Positions 37,020 through 47,252 are shown, counted from the first letter of the stretch. The stretch: DNA of 64,000 bases from Marivita sp. (GCA_043585105.1 CP121325.1:2893299-2957298); one strand, 5' to 3'. Numbers and translations are program-made. Notes: generated from the letters alone by a model not told the origin.

Positions 37020-37040
37020 ACAAGGCATCCAATGCCTTGT
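37020..37040. terminator. Hairpin between convergent genes
   Basis: ACAAGGCAT-CCA-ATGCCTTGT. Confidence 0.5.
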
Positions 37041-37071
37041 CGGACCGTGTCGGGACTTTTATACGCACAGC

Positions 37072-37767
37072 TCATTCGAAATAGTCAGGGTGCGTTTTGT
37101 GGATGAAGTTGATCGTCTCATCCAAGCGGGTCAGGTGCTTTCTGATTGAGCTTTGAGTACGCTCAAGATTGCCCGACGCAACACCCGCTGCGATTTCACG
37201 ATGATCCGCGAGGATGGATTGTGCTTCACTGTGTTTTTCGAGACTGAGCATGCAAAGCCGTTCCACCTTTTGTTTGCTGTCCACGATCACTTCGAATGCC
37301 AGTGGGGTTCCGCAAAGGACGCAGATCAGCTGATGGAAGTCGTAGTCCAGCGCGTGGAAAGTGGTTAAGTCGCCATCAATCAGAGCCTTTTCCTGAAGCG
37401 CGAGGTTCTCTGCTAACTGCTCTTCACGCCACGAATCCCAAATCTGGATCGCGCGGTGCGCCACCTCTAATTCGACGGCCATCCGAACCAGCCTTGCAAG
37501 CGCCAAACGCTCCATCGAAAAGCCTCGCACTTCGGTGGCCTTCTGAGGGCGGATGACAAGCAAATCCTCGTTACCGAGTTTGGTAAAGGCGTTGCGGACA
37601 GGTTGACGGGAGACACCAAATCGACGCGCCACCTCTGTCTCGGAAAGTTTTGTTCCCGGCAGGATCTTTAGCGAAACAATTTCGTCATGTAGCGCTTCGT
37701 AGACCGCATCGGTCGAGGTTCGTCTTGTATAGTCTTCCAAGTTCTGGCGCCTTAACTCTCTTTTCAC
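37072..37767 (-). CDS. GntR/FCD regulator
   Basis: LSETEVARRFGVSRQPVR, RPQKATEV, FHALDYDFH. Confidence 0.9.
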   Translation of the reverse strand: MKRELRRQNLEDYTRRTSTDAVYEALHDEIVSLKILPGTKLSETEVARRFGVSRQPVRNAFTKLGNEDLLVIRPQKATEVRGFSMERLALARLVRMAVELEVAHRAIQIWDSWREEQLAENLALQEKALIDGDLTTFHALDYDFHQLICVLCGTPLAFEVIVDSKQKVERLCMLSLEKHSEAQSILADHREIAAGVASGNLERTQSSIRKHLTRLDETINFIHKTHPDYFE

Positions 37768-37922
37768 GCGCGATCGCTTCGTGCAGAATTAACCACCAAC
37801 ATATTGAATGCAATGTAATTTCCAACATACTCAACACCGAAGCGCGCTCATCTCATATCAGAGAACCTTACGGCTTACCTGTCAAGGTCACAAAAATCCT
37901 AGTGTCCCAGTGTTGACAAAAC

Positions 37923-37940
37923 TTGGATACTAGTCTCCAA
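37923..37940. promoter_or_regulatory. Probable GntR operator just downstream of a TTGACA -35 box
   Basis: TTGGATACTAGTCTCCAA near-palindrome; TTGACA at 37913-37918. Confidence 0.55.
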
Positions 37941-38050
37941 ATGACGCCAGCAGTGATTGCGGCTCTGGGAGGATGTCGATGCTTTTTGCTCGCATAGTTT
38001 ACCCTTTTGAGAAGCCCACATCCTGTTCCAACAAACGGGGAGGAGAACCC

Positions 38051-39025
38051 ATGACTTTCACAAATTCACTTTTTGCAGCCGCCACCGCAGTTGCGCTTAT
38101 TGCGACCTCGGCTTCTGCTGAAAACTGGCGTGCTTGGAACATCCACAATGACGGTCACCCGAACACAGCAGCAATGGACAAATTCGCAGAGCTGGTGGAC
38201 ACGGCAACATCTGGTGAAGTTACCCTTGATGTGTTCCACGGTGGTGTTCTTGGCTCGCAGCCAGACGCGCTTGAGCAGGTTCGCATCGGCGCTATCGAAG
38301 TCGGTAACTTCAACCTCGGCCCCATCGGCCCAGTGGTGAAAGAAGCCAACCTGGTTTCATTGCCCTTCATCTTCAAAAGTGTGCCGCACATGTTCCGCGT
38401 TCTTGACGGTGAAGCCGGCGACATCATGGGCGCAGCAATGGGTGAAGCCGGCCTTCTACCCCTCGCGTGGTTCGATGCAGGTGCACGTTCGTTCTATAGC
38501 CAAAAGGCGATCAACACCCCGGCTGATGTCGAAGGCCTGAAGATCCGCGTTATGAACAACGATCTGTACACATCGATGATCTCTGCAATGGGTGGAAACC
38601 CGTCGCCTATGGCGTTCTCGGAAGTCCAGCAGGCTTTGAAAACTGGCGTTGTAGACGGCGCGGAAAACAACTTCCCCTCGTTCAAGAACGTTGGCCACTA
38701 CGAAGTGACCTCGCACTACTCGCTGTCCGAGCACCTGATCATTCCTGAATGCATCTGCGTGAACACAGACAAGTTCAATGCTCTGTCCCCCGAACTTCAG
38801 GACGCCGTTCGTGGCGCTGCCGAAGAAGCCGCTCTGTTCCAGCGTGAGCAGTGGGCCATCGGTTCCGAGCAAGCTCGCAAGGACGTTGAAGCAGCCGGGA
38901 TTGCAGTCAACGAAATCTCCGACAAAGGCCCATTCCAGTCCGCAATGGATTCGGTTTACGCTGACTATCTGGCCGCCAACCCGAGCATGACAAAGCTGGT
39001 CGAGATCGCCCGCGCGACCGAATAA
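38051..39025 (+). CDS. TRAP DctP (sugar-acid type)
   Basis: GGAG RBS, signal peptide, DAGARSFY, GLKIRVM, TGVVDGAENN. Confidence 0.92.
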   Translation: MTFTNSLFAAATAVALIATSASAENWRAWNIHNDGHPNTAAMDKFAELVDTATSGEVTLDVFHGGVLGSQPDALEQVRIGAIEVGNFNLGPIGPVVKEANLVSLPFIFKSVPHMFRVLDGEAGDIMGAAMGEAGLLPLAWFDAGARSFYSQKAINTPADVEGLKIRVMNNDLYTSMISAMGGNPSPMAFSEVQQALKTGVVDGAENNFPSFKNVGHYEVTSHYSLSEHLIIPECICVNTDKFNALSPELQDAVRGAAEEAALFQREQWAIGSEQARKDVEAAGIAVNEISDKGPFQSAMDSVYADYLAANPSMTKLVEIARATE

Positions 39026-39099
39026 ACACGTGTCGTGAACACGCAAAGAGCGGCCGGTTCCCTAGGGGGCGCCGGGCGCTTTTTTAAACGGGGGAACTC

Positions 39100-39633
39100 A
39101 TGCAAGATCCGAACACAACACCCGCGTTCCTGCGGTATATGGACGGGTTTCTCGATCTGCTTGCGCGGATCTGCGTCCTACTGGCAGGAATTGCAATTGT
39201 CGTCATGACTGTCATTTTTGCCTGGCTCGTTTTTGGCCGCTATGTACTGAACGACACCCCCACTTGGGTTGAACAGGTGTCGTTATTGCTGGTCATGGTC
39301 ATTGCCTTTCTGGGTGCCGCCGCCGGCGTTCACAATCACACACACCTGTCGGTCGTGGTGTTCCGCAACATTGTCCCGTCACGGGTGCGGACTGTTTTTG
39401 TGGTAGTTTCGGATGTCTTGCTGGCAGGATTTGGCGGCTTCATGTTTTGGTGCGGACTCGAGCTGACCCAATTCAAGTGGAACACACTGATCCCGCTTAT
39501 CCAATGGTCTGAAGGGCTGCGGTCTTTGCCTATGACCATCAGCGGCGTGTTGCTGCTTCTTTTTTCAACCGGCCATTTGATCCGCCTCTTTATGGGCAGA
39601 GATCTTCGGCAAGATAACATCGATCAGGGATAA
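39100..39633 (+). CDS. TRAP DctQ
   Basis: VFGRYVLNDTPTWVEQ, HLSV. Confidence 0.9.
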   Translation: MQDPNTTPAFLRYMDGFLDLLARICVLLAGIAIVVMTVIFAWLVFGRYVLNDTPTWVEQVSLLLVMVIAFLGAAAGVHNHTHLSVVVFRNIVPSRVRTVFVVVSDVLLAGFGGFMFWCGLELTQFKWNTLIPLIQWSEGLRSLPMTISGVLLLLFSTGHLIRLFMGRDLRQDNIDQG

Positions 39634-39636
39634 CCC

Positions 39637-40923
39637 ATGGGACTTATGGTTCTTCTAGGGCTGTTTGCCCTATGCGTCATCATTGGCACACCTGTCGCTT
39701 ATGCGCTGGGGATCGCCGCGCTTGGGGCTTTTGCGTATGAAGGGTTGCCGCTTTTTGTGGGCTTCCAGCGAATTGTCTCGGGCATCAACGTCTTTTCTTT
39801 GATGGCCATCCCATTTTTTATCTTTGCCGGCGAGCTTATGTTCCATGGCGGGATCGCCATTCGACTTGTGCGCTTTGCCCAAGCCGCGGTTGGCGCGGTG
39901 CGCGGAGGACTTGGCATCGTCAACGTGTTTTCGTCCATGTTGTTTGGCGGTATCTCCGGGTCAGCCATCGCCGACATCTCAGCGCTGGGGTCAATCCTCA
40001 TCCCGGTGATGAAGGACAAGGGATATGACGCCGACTATGCCGTCAACGTGACGGTGACCTCGTCGATTGCCGGGATCATCATTCCGCCCAGCCACAACAT
40101 GATCATCTTTGCGCTGGCCACAGGCGGAGCGGTGTCAATCTCCAAACTCTTCCTCGCCGGAGTTGTTCCGGGTGTGTTGATGTGCTGCTGCCTTGCGATC
40201 GCGGCCTATGTGGTCGCTGTCAAACGCGGCTATAAAGCAGAGCAGTTCCCGGGTTGGACTGCACTTGCCATTGCGTTTGTCGGTTCGATCCCCGGATTGT
40301 TGACGGCTGTGATCATTGTTGGCGGCGTTCTGTCGGGTGTCTTCACCGTTACGGAATCCGGCGCATTCGGAGCAATGTATGCCTTTCTGGTGACCTTGCT
40401 CGTCTACCGCAGCCTGTCATGGGAAGCCTTCAAAACGGCCGTTGTCTCGTCTGTGCGCACCACATCAATGGTCATGATCCTGATCGCCTGCGCAGGTGCT
40501 TTTGCCTACATGCTGACGTTCAACAGAGTCCCAACCAAAACAGTCGAATTCCTTCTGGGCATCACTGAAAATCCGATTCTGATCCTGTTGATGATCAACG
40601 CAGTCCTGCTGTTGTTGGGCATGATCATGGATATGGCCGCATTGATCCTGATTTGCACACCGATCTTCCTGCCTGTGATGAACATGCTGGGTATTGATCC
40701 GCTGCAATTTGGCATGATCCTCTTGGTCAACTTGGGATTGGGCCTGTGTACGCCGCCGGTCGGTACATGCCTGTTCGTCGGATGCGCGGTGGGCAAACTT
40801 CCGATGGAAAAAGCGGTCAAAACGATCTGGCCATTCTACCTCGCCATTTTCGCCGCCCTTATGTTGATCACGTTTGTACCTGCGATTTCGCTTACGTTGC
40901 CAAACTTGATCATCGGTGAATAA
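39637..40923 (+). CDS. TRAP DctM
   Basis: FGGISGSAIAD, IIPPSHNMI, GLCTPPVG. Confidence 0.93.
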   Translation: MGLMVLLGLFALCVIIGTPVAYALGIAALGAFAYEGLPLFVGFQRIVSGINVFSLMAIPFFIFAGELMFHGGIAIRLVRFAQAAVGAVRGGLGIVNVFSSMLFGGISGSAIADISALGSILIPVMKDKGYDADYAVNVTVTSSIAGIIIPPSHNMIIFALATGGAVSISKLFLAGVVPGVLMCCCLAIAAYVVAVKRGYKAEQFPGWTALAIAFVGSIPGLLTAVIIVGGVLSGVFTVTESGAFGAMYAFLVTLLVYRSLSWEAFKTAVVSSVRTTSMVMILIACAGAFAYMLTFNRVPTKTVEFLLGITENPILILLMINAVLLLLGMIMDMAALILICTPIFLPVMNMLGIDPLQFGMILLVNLGLGLCTPPVGTCLFVGCAVGKLPMEKAVKTIWPFYLAIFAALMLITFVPAISLTLPNLIIGE

Positions 40924-40942
40924 CCGCAGGAAAGATGACGCC

Positions 40943-41368
40943 ATGTTAACGATCAAACGCCTCGATATAGATGACGCAAACGCCGTAATCGCGGCTGCGC
41001 GCAGCAAAGCTCGGGAAATCGGTGTCGCCATGTGCATCGCTGTCACCGACGAAAGCGGCAATCTGATCGCATTCGAGCGGATGGATGGTGCCAAGATCAC
41101 AAGCATCAATCTGGCCATCGACAAAAGCTACACAGCGACCGGAATCCAGAAAAGCACCCAAGCATTGGGTGAGGTCAACCAACCCGGCATGCCTGCGCAC
41201 GGTATCGCCTCGGCATTAGGCGGCCGCATGGTCGCGGTGGCTGGAGGTGTACCGGTCCTGAGCGGGAGCGATGTCGTTGGCGGCATTGGCGTGAGTTCTG
41301 GCTCACCTGCGCAAGATCACGAAGTCGCGGTAGCCGGAGCTGCCGCGTTCAACGTCACCACAGTTTAA
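40943..41368 (+). CDS. GlcG/HbpS family protein
   Basis: MCIAVTDESGNLIAFERMDGA, AIDKSYTA, GGVP, GGIGVSSG. Confidence 0.88.
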   Translation: MLTIKRLDIDDANAVIAAARSKAREIGVAMCIAVTDESGNLIAFERMDGAKITSINLAIDKSYTATGIQKSTQALGEVNQPGMPAHGIASALGGRMVAVAGGVPVLSGSDVVGGIGVSSGSPAQDHEVAVAGAAAFNVTTV

Positions 41369-41387
41369 GAAAGTCTAGGAGATATAT

Positions 41388-42266
41388 ATGAAAAATCCTG
41401 TCATTGGTTTTATCGGCCTTGGCTTAATGGGCGGCAACATGGCCGAATGCCTGCAAAACAACGGCTACGACCTCGTGGTTATGGGTCGCAACAGGAAAGC
41501 AGTCGCGGCCACCACCGAACGTGGCGCCACCGAAGTTACCACCCCCAAAGAGCTGGCAGAGGCCAGCGACATCGTGATGCTTTGCGTCACAACATCTGAA
41601 GTCGTGGAAAGCCTGATCTACGGCGACGATGGTATTTTAGCGGGCATCAAAGAAGGCGCCGTTGTCATTGATTTTGGCACTTCGATACCCGAGTCCACAC
41701 GGAAAATCGGCGCGGATCTGGCCGCAAAGGGCGCAGGCATGATCGACGCACCGCTTGGGCGCACACCAGCTCATGCCAAAGACGGGCTGCTCAATATCAT
41801 GGCCGCTGGCGATGAAGAAACCTACGCCAAGATTAAACCGGTTCTGGATGTCTTGGGGGAAAACGTCTTCTATCTTGGCGACCTTGGCGCCGGGCATGTG
41901 ACCAAGTTGATCAACAACTTCATGGGTATGACAACGGTCTGCACCATGAGCCAGGCCTTCGCAGTGGCACAGCGTGCAGGCGTTGATGGACAACAGCTTT
42001 TCGACATCATGTCGGCAGGCCCGTCAAATTCTCCGTTCATGCAGTTCTGCAAGAAATACGCGGTGGACGGAGTCAGCGATCTGGGTTTCTCTATCGCAAA
42101 TGCCAACAAGGACATCGGCTATTTCGTGGAAATGCTGAACAATATGGGAACCCGGGCCGAAATTGCCGAAGGCACAGCCTCGAATCTATCGGCCGCGTTA
42201 GAGGCAGGAATGGGCGATGGCAATGTACCAGAGATCTTTGATCTTTTTCTCAAAATGGATGCTTAG
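41388..42266 (+). CDS. Beta-hydroxyacid dehydrogenase family NAD(P) oxidoreductase
   Basis: GFIGLGLMG, DAPLGRTP, KLINN, KD. Confidence 0.88.
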   Translation: MKNPVIGFIGLGLMGGNMAECLQNNGYDLVVMGRNRKAVAATTERGATEVTTPKELAEASDIVMLCVTTSEVVESLIYGDDGILAGIKEGAVVIDFGTSIPESTRKIGADLAAKGAGMIDAPLGRTPAHAKDGLLNIMAAGDEETYAKIKPVLDVLGENVFYLGDLGAGHVTKLINNFMGMTTVCTMSQAFAVAQRAGVDGQQLFDIMSAGPSNSPFMQFCKKYAVDGVSDLGFSIANANKDIGYFVEMLNNMGTRAEIAEGTASNLSAALEAGMGDGNVPEIFDLFLKMDA

Positions 42267-42571
42267 AACGGGTTGAGTGCAAGGCTGCAAGCAATCTGCG
42301 GCAGCCAGATCCAACGTCTTGATCTGTTCGTCGACACCGGACAGTTCATTGACGATTTGGGTGCCGTAGCAGAGTTGTCCTTCCGCCATCGCTCTCGCGG
42401 CTACAAACATCTTGTGGATTTAACTCGCCCTGCGTCGTCGACTGACTGTTCGTAGGCCGACTGTTCTAAGGGGTGTCTGTGACGCCCGGTTCGCGCGTTG
42501 CGACATCACCGCGCCCAGCAGTTTGAGCAACCGCATAGAAAGCTCGTAGTTCTGGGCTTTGCGTTTCCCCG

Positions 42572-43222
42572 TCACCTGCCCAAGAGAGCACCAAGCGCCA
42601 TTGCGACAGCTGCTTGCGTCGGGTCGATCACTGGTACGCCAAGCTCTGCTTCGAGCCGTGCGCGGTGGCGAGCCATGCCTGCACAGCCCAAGATCACCGC
42701 ACCTGCACCTTGCTTTTTGAGCGAGGTGCCAACCTCGATCAGTCGATCGAAGGTCCCTGCCCCGCGGGCGCTTTCGTCGACGCTCATGTTAAGCGCGATT
42801 TCGCAGGCAAGACGGTCCAGCACCTGCATACGCGCCAAAGTCCGTCGGTGACGCGGGATCGAGGCATCGGCAATCGCGATCACACCAAACCGGTCCGCCC
42901 GCGCCATTGCGGTCAGAACACCGCTTTCCTGAATACCAAACACTGGCTGCGGCACCACCGATCGGCACGCATCAAGGCCTGGATCGGAATAGCACGCGAT
43001 CACGAACGCCCTGGCATCGGGCCGCGATTTCACCAATTTGGTCAGCGGCATCACAACGCTGTCAGAATCCAGTTGGCTTTCGATACCGAACGGGCCTTCT
43101 GCAAGCGTCAGGCATTCGACCTCCGGACCGCCAAATCGCTTGAACGAGGCCAACGCGTCGTTCAGGCCGTCGGTCACCGCAGTGTTGGAGTTCGGATTGA
43201 TAACCAATATCGGTCCGGTCAT
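42572..43222 (-). CDS. Asp/Glu/hydantoin racemase
   Basis: ILVINPNS, IACYSDPG, ILGCAGM, VIDP; start overlaps the hydA stop. Confidence 0.88.
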   Translation of the reverse strand: MTGPILVINPNSNTAVTDGLNDALASFKRFGGPEVECLTLAEGPFGIESQLDSDSVVMPLTKLVKSRPDARAFVIACYSDPGLDACRSVVPQPVFGIQESGVLTAMARADRFGVIAIADASIPRHRRTLARMQVLDRLACEIALNMSVDESARGAGTFDRLIEVGTSLKKQGAGAVILGCAGMARHRARLEAELGVPVIDPTQAAVAMALGALLGR

Positions 43223-44667
43223 CGCAGAACCTTCGCCCCAAAATTGGTCGCAGGATCGGTTTCCGGCAAGCGGGTTCCGGTAAGGCCGGATAGGTCTGTG
43301 CGACCTCGCTTCACAAACGCCCCGTCGCCCGGTTTGGCGACCAAGACGCCTTGATCCACGATCCGCCGCCCCCGTGTGAGCACCGTCACTGGCCAACCTG
43401 TGACCTTCAGTCCCTCAAACGGGTTGTAGTCCATCGCGTCGTGCATCTCACCTGCGATACGGGTCTCGGTCGGATCCCAGACTGCGATGTCAGCATCAGC
43501 CCCGATGGCCAGCGTGCCCTTGGTCGGGTGCATGCCGTATAGCCGCGCCGCATTCGTCGAGGACAGGGCGACAAACTGGTTGAGGTTGATCCGACCCTTC
43601 ACCACCCCTTCCGAGAACATCATCGGCAGACGCATCTCGATCCCAGGCATGCCATTGGCAATCTTGCGAAAATCCACGTCTCGCCCGTTTGAAAACTTAC
43701 CGGTTTCATCAAACCGGAACGGTGCGTGATCCGAAGACACGACGCTGAACGTCCCTCGCGCGACGTGTCGCCAAAGCACCTCTTGCGTGTGACTGTCACG
43801 TAGGGGCGGCGAACAGATATATTTGGCCCCGTCCATCCCCGGACGGTCCAGATCGTGCTTCGTAAGGAACAGGTATTGCGGGCAGGTTTCGCCAAAAACA
43901 TAGGCCCCGTCAGCGCGGGCGTCAGCGACCAGTTCTGCCCCCTTCGGTGTCGAGACATGCACGATCATCAGTGGCGCATTGGTTAGCTTGGACAGGCTGA
44001 TCGCACGGTTGATCGCTTCTTCCTCGGCCAGTGCAGGACGCGCAGGCGCGTGGTATTTCGGATCCGTGTAGCCGTTGTCGGCAAATGCAGAGGCCATCCA
44101 TGTCAGCATGTCATGGTTTTCCGCATGCACCATCGTCAGCCCGCCATGCCGTCTCGCAACGGTCAGGATGTCGAGAAACTGCGCATCACTGACACGGGTG
44201 GCATAAGTCATGAACACCTTGAACGATGTGATGCCCCGGTCGAACACGCCTGGCAACTCTTCAAGAACCGACGGGTTCGGGTCGGTCAGGATCAAGTGGT
44301 AAGAATAGTCGATCACCGATTTCGGTGCTGCGCGACTGTCATAGGTGGCCAGCGTATCGGCCACGCTCTGCCCCGGTTTCTGCGCCGCAAACGGCACGAA
44401 ACAGGAATTGCCGCCGAATGCCGCCGAGATTGACCCGGTCTCGTAATCATCCGAGGTCATGAGCCCCATGCCGCTTTCCTGAGCGATATGGCAATGAGCT
44501 TCGATCCCACCGGGCAGTACCAACTTGTCGGTAGCATCGATCACATCGTCACCATTCAGGTCGTGACCGAGAGTTGCGATCTTGCCATCCCGAATGCCGA
44601 TATCGGCGGAAAAGGTTTCGGACGCAGTTGCAAGCGTACCGCCTTTGATCACCAGATCATGCTGCAT
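43219..44667 (-). CDS. hydA: Dihydropyrimidinase / hydantoinase
   Basis: PGGIEAHCH, SFKVFMTY, VHAEN, ETCPQYL, SPPLR, SSDHAP. Confidence 0.88.
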   Translation of the reverse strand: MQHDLVIKGGTLATASETFSADIGIRDGKIATLGHDLNGDDVIDATDKLVLPGGIEAHCHIAQESGMGLMTSDDYETGSISAAFGGNSCFVPFAAQKPGQSVADTLATYDSRAAPKSVIDYSYHLILTDPNPSVLEELPGVFDRGITSFKVFMTYATRVSDAQFLDILTVARRHGGLTMVHAENHDMLTWMASAFADNGYTDPKYHAPARPALAEEEAINRAISLSKLTNAPLMIVHVSTPKGAELVADARADGAYVFGETCPQYLFLTKHDLDRPGMDGAKYICSPPLRDSHTQEVLWRHVARGTFSVVSSDHAPFRFDETGKFSNGRDVDFRKIANGMPGIEMRLPMMFSEGVVKGRINLNQFVALSSTNAARLYGMHPTKGTLAIGADADIAVWDPTETRIAGEMHDAMDYNPFEGLKVTGWPVTVLTRGRRIVDQGVLVAKPGDGAFVKRGRTDLSGLTGTRLPETDPATNFGAKVLR

Positions 44668-44682
44668 GTTGTTGTTCCCCTC

Positions 44683-45618
44683 TCAACCCAAAGCCGCCAG
44701 CTTGCGATCTAGCCGCGCCATCAGCCGGGTTAGTTCTTCGTGGTCAGCCTTGCTCAACGACGGCCCTGGCGCACGCACCTTCGGGGCGGCCAGCACACCG
44801 CGCCGGTGGAGGATTTCTTTGCGAATAGCGAGCCCGATGCCAAGTTGTTGCTCGTAACGCACCATTGGCAAATAGGCATCGAACAGGTCTTCCGCACCGT
44901 CTACATCCCCCGCCTTGTGCCGTTCGACGACTTGAACCAGCATTTCGGGATAAGCGAACCCTGTCATCGCCCCATCTGCGCCCCTCGCCAGCTCTTGCGG
45001 TAGGAACAGCGCCGCGTTGCCTGTCAGGATGGACAGGCGCGGTGTGTCTGCAGTGCCGCTCTCGGCCCGCACACGGGACAGTTTGTTGAGCCCCGGCCAG
45101 TCCTCATGTTTGAGCATGACGATCTGGTCGTGATCGCGGGTCAGTTGCAGAATGGTTTCAACGCTGAACTGCACGCCCGTGGTTTGCGGGTAGTCCTGCA
45201 CACAAACCGGAACCTCCGACCCCAGGGCACGACACACCTGCGCAAAATAACCCTGCAGTTTGACCTCAGTCGCAAGCCCTGGCATCGGGGCCACCATGAC
45301 ACCGGCCGCCCCCGCATCCATGACACTGTGCGACAACCGCACCATGTTGTCTAAACCTGCGCCGGACACGCCGACCACAACAGGCACCTTGCCCGCGACA
45401 CGCTGCAACACATGCTTGGCGAACCGCGAGGATTCCTCGCCCGAGAGTTTTGGCGCCTCCCCCATGATCCCGAGGATCGTCATGCCCGTCACACCGCAAC
45501 CGAGATAGAAATCCACCATCCGGTCCGTGCTATCCAAATCCAAGGCACCATCGCTTGTAAAAGGCGTCGCAGCGATGATGAAAACACCCTCAGAATGCCT
45601 GTCGATCAGCTTTGTCAT
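44683..45618 (-). CDS. DHDPS/NAL family class I aldolase-like protein
   Basis: ATPF, LGIMGE, QDYP, KHEDWP, GADGAMTG. Confidence 0.85.
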   Translation of the reverse strand: MTKLIDRHSEGVFIIAATPFTSDGALDLDSTDRMVDFYLGCGVTGMTILGIMGEAPKLSGEESSRFAKHVLQRVAGKVPVVVGVSGAGLDNMVRLSHSVMDAGAAGVMVAPMPGLATEVKLQGYFAQVCRALGSEVPVCVQDYPQTTGVQFSVETILQLTRDHDQIVMLKHEDWPGLNKLSRVRAESGTADTPRLSILTGNAALFLPQELARGADGAMTGFAYPEMLVQVVERHKAGDVDGAEDLFDAYLPMVRYEQQLGIGLAIRKEILHRRGVLAAPKVRAPGPSLSKADHEELTRLMARLDRKLAALG

Positions 45619-45773
45619 ATGGGTTCCTCTCTCGGCATTTTACCCAAAACGGCTCGGGTATGCTGTGTCTTTCGATTTCTTCCAGACAAGCATATCGATC
45701 CGCGAAAAGCCGCGCGACCGGATAATCACCTGTCCAGTCAACATACGTCCCGCCAGCATCCGCCGACGTGTTA

Positions 45774-46602
45774 GGTTCAGGACTCATAGCCAAAAGATGA
45801 CGAGTGCTGCGAGGGCGATGGCTGATAGGAAGACCTTCGGGCACCTGTCGTAGCGGGTTGCCACGCGCCGCCAATCCTTCAGCCTGCCGAACATGATCTC
45901 GATCCGGTTGCGCCGTTTGTGACGACGCTTGTCGTACTTTACCTGTTTCTTCCGCTGCTTTCGGCCAGGGATACAGGCGCGTATCCCCTTGTCTTTCCAC
46001 GCTTCCCTAAACCAATCAGCGTCATAGCCTCGATCCCCGAGTAGCCAATCGACATCCGGCAGAGTGCTCAACAATGCCCGGGCACCAATGTAGTCGCTGA
46101 CCTGACCGGCGGTGACGAACAGGTCGAGTGGACGCCCACGGCTATCGCAGATGGCATGCAGCTTTGTGTTCATGCCGCCCTTGGTTCGGCCAATCAGGCG
46201 GCCACGCCCCCTTTTTTGGCGGCCATGCTGGTCGCCGTTCGATGGGCCTTGAGGTATGTTGCGTCGATCATCACGGTCTTCTGTTCGCCATGTTCGGCAG
46301 CCAATCCGGCCATCATTCGCGCGAAGATGCCTTTGTCGCTCCATCGTTTCCAACGGTTGTACAGCGTCTTGTGCGGCCCATAGGCAGCAGGCGCATCGCG
46401 CCACCTTAAGCCGCGATTGATGAAGATAATGCCACTCAACACGCGCCTATCATCTACGCGTGGCTTGCCATGAGGCTTGGGAAAGAAGGGCGCAAGACGC
46501 GCCATCTGCGCATCTGTTAGCCAGAAAAGATCAGTCATGTTAACCGCTCGATTGTCGAACCGTGAATCACGCAGCCTAACGGAAATCAATGGGTCCTGAC
46601 CC
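45774..46602 (-). mobile_element. IS5 family (IS427-like) insertion sequence, 829 bp
   Basis: Terminal IRs GGTTCAGGACTCAT (45774-45787) and ATGGGTCCTGACCC (46589-46602), 12/14 match; TA on both flanks. Confidence 0.9.
45784..46538 (-). CDS. IS5 transposase, two frames joined by a probable -1 frameshift at AAAAAAG (46211-46217)
   Basis: OrfA MTDLFWLTDAQM...GLRWRDAP..YGPHKTLYNRW...IDATYLKAH; OrfB GRTKGGMNTKLH, GDRGYD, RNRIEIMFGRLKDWRRVATRYD. Confidence 0.88.
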
Positions 46603-46644
46603 TAGAAGAGACGCTCGAACACCAAAAATGACGTCGTCGTTCCG

Positions 46645-47163
46645 CTACTGGGTATCGTTGCCAGCTCTCAGCTTTTCGGCCAACCACCACAAAGGCGTTG
46701 GTTGAACTGACTTGTTAATATGGATTTCCCGAAGACGGGAAAGGAATTTTTCTTGCAAGTCGTCATCCCCCGAATGAAACGGGCTGGTGAGTGCAACGAT
46801 GTCGGGTGCAGGGTCTCTGAACTCGGCAGTCCAGCTTGCTAAATGAAACAATATAGGCACAAATGCGATGCCTGCTTCAGTAAGGAAATAGAGCTTCTTC
46901 TGTGCATGATCGTCTGTTTTGTCGACGTGCAGTAGGTTCAGCTGCACCATGTATTGTAGGCGTGACGCGAGCGAAGCCGAGGAAATACCTTCACGATTAT
47001 TTTTCAAAATCTCGTTGAAGCCGCGTCGATCAAACAATGCGATGTCGCGGATGATAACCGGCACCCATTTGTCAACAAGCAGGTGCCCTGCCAGCCCTAT
47101 CGGGCACATCTCTTCTTCGACGATGTTTAAATCTAGCATATCGCCCCAAAACCACTCTGACAT
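46645..47163 (-). CDS. HxlR-family winged-helix regulator
   Basis: CPI....LVDKW...IIRD, ISSASLASRL, Y.LTEAG..FVPIL. Confidence 0.85.
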   Translation of the reverse strand: MSEWFWGDMLDLNIVEEEMCPIGLAGHLLVDKWVPVIIRDIALFDRRGFNEILKNNREGISSASLASRLQYMVQLNLLHVDKTDDHAQKKLYFLTEAGIAFVPILFHLASWTAEFRDPAPDIVALTSPFHSGDDDLQEKFLSRLREIHINKSVQPTPLWWLAEKLRAGNDTQ

Positions 47164-47252
47164 TCATACTAGACTGCGCATCAGCACAGCGTCAACCTCA
47201 TTTCACGAAGGTTAAGACCTGACCAATTCCTAACTGAGCTGGAGGCTTTTGC

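Noticed and set aside
42267-42571. Short ORFs or a gene remnant between convergent operons
   Set aside because: No recognisable motif or RBS in any frame; cannot be supported without a search
44683-45618. Calling this gene dapA
   Set aside because: GIMGE instead of GTTGE, and a catabolic context
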